Source: Candidatus Caldarchaeum subterraneum
GTDB taxonomy: Archaea; Thermoproteota; Nitrososphaeria_A; Caldarchaeales; Caldarchaeaceae
DNA length: 32,000 nt
NCBI GenBank assembly: GCA_000270325.1
Contig: BA000048.1
Location: forward strand, 967,024 to 999,023
Direction of reading: 5' to 3'
Shown here: piece by piece, positions 28,152 to 32,000 of the stretch
Layout: each line of letters begins with the position of its first letter
Position numbering within the stretch: position 1 is the stretch's first letter
Program-made: the position numbers and the translations under genes
Notes under the pieces: generated by a model
What the model was told of the DNA's origin: nothing
Databases searched by the model: none
The model's input: only the letters and a program-made list of their open reading frames with translations

Positions 28152-29357
28152 ATGAGTGATAGTTTTAAGAGCCCCGGAGACATAATACATGTGGAGAGGC
28201 GGATGGATTTAAGGCGGCTGACAAAAACAATCTTCAGAGACAGCCTCCTAGCCTCACAACTCGCCAAACTCATCAACGATTATTGGAGGCTTCTCCGCTC
28301 AAACGGAGTCGAAGAGGTCAAGATAATGAATTTCTGCGGCACACACGAATACACTTCAACTCATTACGGTATCAGAAACATTCTGCCCCAGGGTGTTTCG
28401 CTTGTCGCGGGGCCGGGATGCCCTGTCTGCATCACCCCCTCCTATTATGTGGAGACGGCTGTGGAACTTGCCCTCGAAGGATTCACAGCATACACCTACG
28501 GCGACGCCTATAGGCTTCCCGCCGTGAGAGAGGTCAAAGGATGCAGAAGCCTCTCTGATGCGAGAATGGCCGGAGCTGATGTCAGAGTTGTATACAGTTT
28601 TCTCGACGCGGTCAGGGATGCGGCGAGCCATGGCAAGCCAGCGGTTTTTCTGGCGGTGGGGTTTGAGACAACCTGCCCAGCCTACGCATCAGCCATCGCC
28701 TCCGAAATGGTTCCCAGCAACCTCACACTCATATCTGCTGGAAGACTGACGCCGCCCGCGGCCCGATACGCGGTTGAAAGGGTTGGAACCGTGTCAGGAG
28801 TTATCGCGCCGGGTCATGTATCCACCATTACCGGCGCCGGTGTCTGGAGGTTTTTGCCCGAAGAATATGGTATACCCACGGTGGTGACGGGGTTTGAGCC
28901 GGTCGATGTTCTTATCGCGGTCGCGACCATACTTAAGCAATTGGCCGAGAACAAGCCGGGTCTTGTGGTCGAGTATTCCCGAACCGTTACGATGGATGGG
29001 AACCAGCGGGCTAAGAAATTTCTTTCACAAGTGTTTGATGTAGTGGACTCGGCTTGGCGAGGCATCGGATTCATCGAGAAAAGCGGATACTCTCTTAGGA
29101 AGCAATTTGAGCAATATGATGTTGTCAAGACGTTTGGGCTGAGAGAGCCGGGTAAGGATGACTGGAAGAACGATCTGATGCCCGGCTGCATATGTGGACA
29201 AGTGATTCTGGGCGCGGCTAAGCCGACCGACTGTCCTCTCTTCATGAAACGCTGTACACCCGGCACACCCTACGGCCCTTGCATGGTTTCGGCTGAGGGC
29301 GCTTGCTCCATCTGGGCTAGGTTGGGTGGACGAGAGAGGTTGGTTGAGGTGGTTTGA
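28152..29357 (+). CDS. hypD: Hydrogenase maturation protein HypD
   Basis: Motifs seen: MNFCGTHE, GPGCPVCITP, GFETT, PGHVS, and C-terminal Cys motifs. The true start may be the ATG at 28203. Confidence 0.9.
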   Translation: MSDSFKSPGDIIHVERRMDLRRLTKTIFRDSLLASQLAKLINDYWRLLRSNGVEEVKIMNFCGTHEYTSTHYGIRNILPQGVSLVAGPGCPVCITPSYYVETAVELALEGFTAYTYGDAYRLPAVREVKGCRSLSDARMAGADVRVVYSFLDAVRDAASHGKPAVFLAVGFETTCPAYASAIASEMVPSNLTLISAGRLTPPAARYAVERVGTVSGVIAPGHVSTITGAGVWRFLPEEYGIPTVVTGFEPVDVLIAVATILKQLAENKPGLVVEYSRTVTMDGNQRAKKFLSQVFDVVDSAWRGIGFIEKSGYSLRKQFEQYDVVKTFGLREPGKDDWKNDLMPGCICGQVILGAAKPTDCPLFMKRCTPGTPYGPCMVSAEGACSIWARLGGRERLVEVV

Positions 29358-29358
29358 T

Positions 29359-29667
29359 ATGTGTCTCGGTGTCTATGGCAAGGTTTTGAAGGTGGAGGGG
29401 GATTTGGCCGTTGTGGATTTTAGCGGAGGATTGGTTAAGGAGGTGCTGGTAGGTGTTGAAGAGGTCAAGGCAGGGGACTATGTTGTTGTCCACGCAGGTG
29501 TAATCGTTTCACGGCTTAATGAAAACGAGTTCGCCGAAGTTTTCAACCATGTCTCAGAAGCGGTGCAGACCCTTGTCAGCAGCGGAGCCGACGTGGCTGA
29601 CTACTGGCAGAACATAAAGACACGCCTCGCCGAACTGCTCACTCAAAAACCTACGTCAGAGGAGTGA
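29359..29667 (+). CDS. hypC: Hydrogenase chaperone HypC (102 aa)
   Basis: It starts with the invariant MCLG motif (ATG at 29359, 1 nt after the hypD stop). The ORF track's earlier start is unlikely. Confidence 0.85.
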   Translation: MCLGVYGKVLKVEGDLAVVDFSGGLVKEVLVGVEEVKAGDYVVVHAGVIVSRLNENEFAEVFNHVSEAVQTLVSSGADVADYWQNIKTRLAELLTQKPTSEE

Positions 29668-30698
29668 AGAAGTTGAGCAAAATATCTCTCGCACATGGCT
29701 CCGGCGGAGTTGAGACACAGCGTCTCCTCGAACGCCTGTTCATAAACCGTCTCCCGGCGTGGATGAAGAAGGTGGAGAACGGGTTGGGGCTGGATTTTCC
29801 CGACGACGCCGCAGCCATCCCAGTTAAAGACGGATATCTTGTCTGCACAATAGACTCCTACACCGTCAGCCCCGTCTTCTTTCCCGGCGGAGACTTGGGC
29901 AAGCTAGCCGCGGCCGGAACAATAAACGACCTCCTCATGCTAGGAGCACGTCCGCTCGCTGTAATGGATGCTGTGGTAGTTGAGGAGGGAATGGCCATAG
30001 ACGACCTGACGAGGCTTGTTGACTCGATGATTGCTGTTTTGAGGGATGAGGGTCTGTGTCTTATCGGAGGTGACGTGAAGGTGATGCCGAAGGGTCAGCT
30101 AGACGGCGTCCTGATAACGACGGCGGGCCTTGGTTTCGCCTCTAGGCTGATAGTTGACAACAACATCAAGCCAGGTGACAAGATAATGGCGACCGGGCCC
30201 CTTGGGGAGCATGGAGCCGCAATCCTCGCCGCTCAGCAAAAAATATTCTCACAACAGTTTAAAAGCGATGTCAAGCCTTTGACGAAAATTTTGCTCCCCA
30301 TAATCGAAAGGTATGTTGAAGATATTCACGCGGCCAGAGACCCTACACGCGGTGGCGCCGCCATGGTTCTGAACGATTGGGCGAAAGGCTCCGACGTGTT
30401 GCTTGTGGTTTATGAGTCGGAGCTGCCGTTACGTGAGCCTGTGGTGAATCTTTGTGAGATGCTGGGCGTCGACCCATTAACTCTTGCGTCCGAGGGCTCC
30501 GCGCTGCTGGCTGTGTCACCCGAATCAGTGGAAGATGTTCTGAACATGCTGCATGATAACGGATGCGGCGAGGCACGGGTCATCGGTGAGGCGAGGGAAA
30601 AAACATCAAGCATCGGGCTGGTTGTGCTGAAGACTTTGGTCGGCGGAGCGCGGATACTCGAGCCGCCGAGCGGAGAAATTGTGCCGAGAATCTGCTAA
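29664..30698 (+). CDS. hypE: Hydrogenase maturation protein HypE
   Basis: It has the AIR-synthase-like fold motif SLAHGSGG and the C-terminal PRIC motif. Its GTG start overlaps the hypC stop. Confidence 0.92.
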   Translation: MKKLSKISLAHGSGGVETQRLLERLFINRLPAWMKKVENGLGLDFPDDAAAIPVKDGYLVCTIDSYTVSPVFFPGGDLGKLAAAGTINDLLMLGARPLAVMDAVVVEEGMAIDDLTRLVDSMIAVLRDEGLCLIGGDVKVMPKGQLDGVLITTAGLGFASRLIVDNNIKPGDKIMATGPLGEHGAAILAAQQKIFSQQFKSDVKPLTKILLPIIERYVEDIHAARDPTRGGAAMVLNDWAKGSDVLLVVYESELPLREPVVNLCEMLGVDPLTLASEGSALLAVSPESVEDVLNMLHDNGCGEARVIGEAREKTSSIGLVVLKTLVGGARILEPPSGEIVPRIC

Positions 30699-31573
30699 AC
30701 CGCAGGAGTCCATCCTATAGATACATCAGCCGTGTCAGCCAAATCTCTCTGCAGCCGCCTGCTCAACACAAGTTTCAGACGGTATTGTAGATACTCTCCG
30801 TCGCCTATGACCTTGTTTTGTTTAACCACTTTCGACAGAAAAACTGTTTCGAAGAAATTTGCGGGAAGGCATCCGAGGCTTTTGAGAATCTTCTTAACCT
30901 GTCCTCTCCATGGTCCGGAGTTTGTCGCTGTGAGAACGGGCTGTGGGGGCCCGGGTGCGGGGAACCATTGAATATGCTTCACCTCACCGGTTGTTGCTCG
31001 ACCGAGTTCTTCAACATAATCCAGCTCTCCGAGGGCTACAAATTTCTCGTAGAATTTCTCGAAACGTCTCTCCAGAACAAGTTTGGCGAAGGTGTTGCCT
31101 GGGCCTTGCAGCGAAAGGCTGCCCTCGAGCCGGCCATCCACATTCTGTATCGAAGCATGGGCTAGGATGTCTTGGTCGGAGACGGTGAGCATGTTCTTTG
31201 AAACGTTTATCAAAGCCTTCCCCCTTGTCGGTGGGAAAAACATTATCCAAACATCTGCTCCACGTGCTATGTCTAGCTTTGCGGAGGAAGCTATCAGCAA
31301 TCCTCTGCGGCCCGTGACAAACCCCATGCACGGCGCGGCAGGCAAATCAAATGCAACATTTTCTCCAGAGGCTTGGAGAGTTTGCACCGGCCCTAGAAAA
31401 TCGTAATCCACGCGCCAAGCTCTTTTTCTCTCCGCATAGTTTACGTAGAAAAGCCGTGCATAGCCCAGCTGAACAGAACGAACCCGCTTTGCTTCCCCGG
31501 CAACTACGTGAACATGGTCATCGGCCAGACTGCATGTCAACGACCGTAAACCGGAGAGGTTGACAACCTGCAT
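30695..31573 (-). CDS. Hypothetical protein, 292 aa, no motif recognised
   Basis: It is a long ORF with an ATG start and a TATA-like box about 28 nt upstream. It converges on hypE with a 4-nt overlap. Confidence 0.5.
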   Translation of the reverse strand: MQVVNLSGLRSLTCSLADDHVHVVAGEAKRVRSVQLGYARLFYVNYAERKRAWRVDYDFLGPVQTLQASGENVAFDLPAAPCMGFVTGRRGLLIASSAKLDIARGADVWIMFFPPTRGKALINVSKNMLTVSDQDILAHASIQNVDGRLEGSLSLQGPGNTFAKLVLERRFEKFYEKFVALGELDYVEELGRATTGEVKHIQWFPAPGPPQPVLTATNSGPWRGQVKKILKSLGCLPANFFETVFLSKVVKQNKVIGDGEYLQYRLKLVLSRRLQRDLADTADVSIGWTPAV

Positions 31574-31595
31574 GAAACGACAAACTTTTTTCCTT

Positions 31596-31607
31596 GATAT
31601 AATTTTT
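31596..31607 (-). promoter_or_regulatory. TATA-like box for the 292-aa gene (leaderless-type spacing)
   Basis: The minus strand reads AAAAATTATATC, centred about 28 nt upstream of the ATG at 31571-31573. Confidence 0.4.
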
Positions 31608-31618
31608 ATGATTTACAT

Positions 31619-32000
31619 CTAGGCTCCACTTATCCGTTCTAGAAACATCTCGAGGAACCGCGGTCCATCCACTTGTTCACAGACCTCCGCATTGGGCTCT
31701 TTCCTCACCCAGAACCGTTTCTCGACGATTGTTTGTCCACGGGTCAACTCACCTTCACACACAACATAGACATGGTGTTGACTTGTTTTGAAGAGGTCTG
31801 GCTTGATTGAGGCCGCCACGGCCATAGGGTCATGGAGCTGCACAAACCCGAACCTCTCCGCAAAATTCCACACAATTTTCGCAGCGGTTCTCGCTGTTTT
31901 AGAGCTTGATGAAGCCATCTTCTCCACGTCTTTTTTGCTCAGTGTTGCTTTGGGGTCTGTGGTCACATCGAGCCCTATGCAGAGAGGTTTCACACCGCTT
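31619..32000 (-). CDS. Inosine/uridine-preferring nucleoside hydrolase, C-terminal part (runs off the window)
   Basis: The segment LHDPMAVAASIKPDLF...VYVVCEGELTRGQTIVE resembles the C-terminal half of IunH-family hydrolases. The frame stays open to the window edge. Confidence 0.55.
   Translation of the reverse strand, partial: SGVKPLCIGLDVTTDPKATLSKKDVEKMASSSSKTARTAAKIVWNFAERFGFVQLHDPMAVAASIKPDLFKTSQHHVYVVCEGELTRGQTIVEKRFWVRKEPNAEVCEQVDGPRFLEMFLERISGA

Overview
The window looks archaeal, probably a thermophilic crenarchaeote/TACK-like lineage. The grounds are CRISPR repeats ending in ATTGAAAG, a Csa1-like gene, a multi-Cas7 type III locus, an Mrp/MinD-type HypB substitute, and TATA-like boxes about 27 nt upstream of several start codons. 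Contents, left to right:

- **1-1995:** the trailer-proximal part of a CRISPR array, with 29 full and 1 truncated 26-nt repeats and 29 spacers.
- **2006-13033, minus strand:** a type III, III-D-like interference locus. Gene order is csx1 (own promoter), then cas11, cas7, cas7, cas7-like, cas10 (HD and GGDD intact), short cas7, csx10/cas5-like, cas7, csa1. No cas1, cas2 or cas6 lies in the window.
- **About 13270-13913:** a degraded internal fragment of a second hypF copy.
- **14059-16793, minus strand:** a bacterial-type thiazole/thiamine operon, thiO-thiS-thiG-thiE. thiO is frameshifted in an A7 run and thiG carries an in-frame TAA.
- **16983-19377, plus strand:** two cytoplasmic DsbA-like CxxC proteins, one with a C-terminal wHTH-like tail, plus a two-domain unknown protein.
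- **19637-30698:** a complete cytosolic group 3b [NiFe]-hydrogenase system. It comprises hypA, an Mrp-type ATPase, hyhB, a cNMP-binding-domain gene, hyhG, hyhS, hyhL, the maturation protease, hypF (minus strand) and hypD-hypC-hypE.
- **30695-32000:** an orphan 292-aa gene and a truncated nucleoside hydrolase.

I did not find an obviously brand-new system. The most unusual signals are:

- An abrupt strand-composition switch exactly at a gene boundary inside the type III operon, which suggests a mosaic operon.
- The hypF remnant lying between two compositionally atypical blocks.
- The two lesions in a thiamine operon of bacterial type.
- The cNMP-domain gene translationally coupled inside the hydrogenase operon.

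All homology calls rest on motif recognition by eye. No database search was run.
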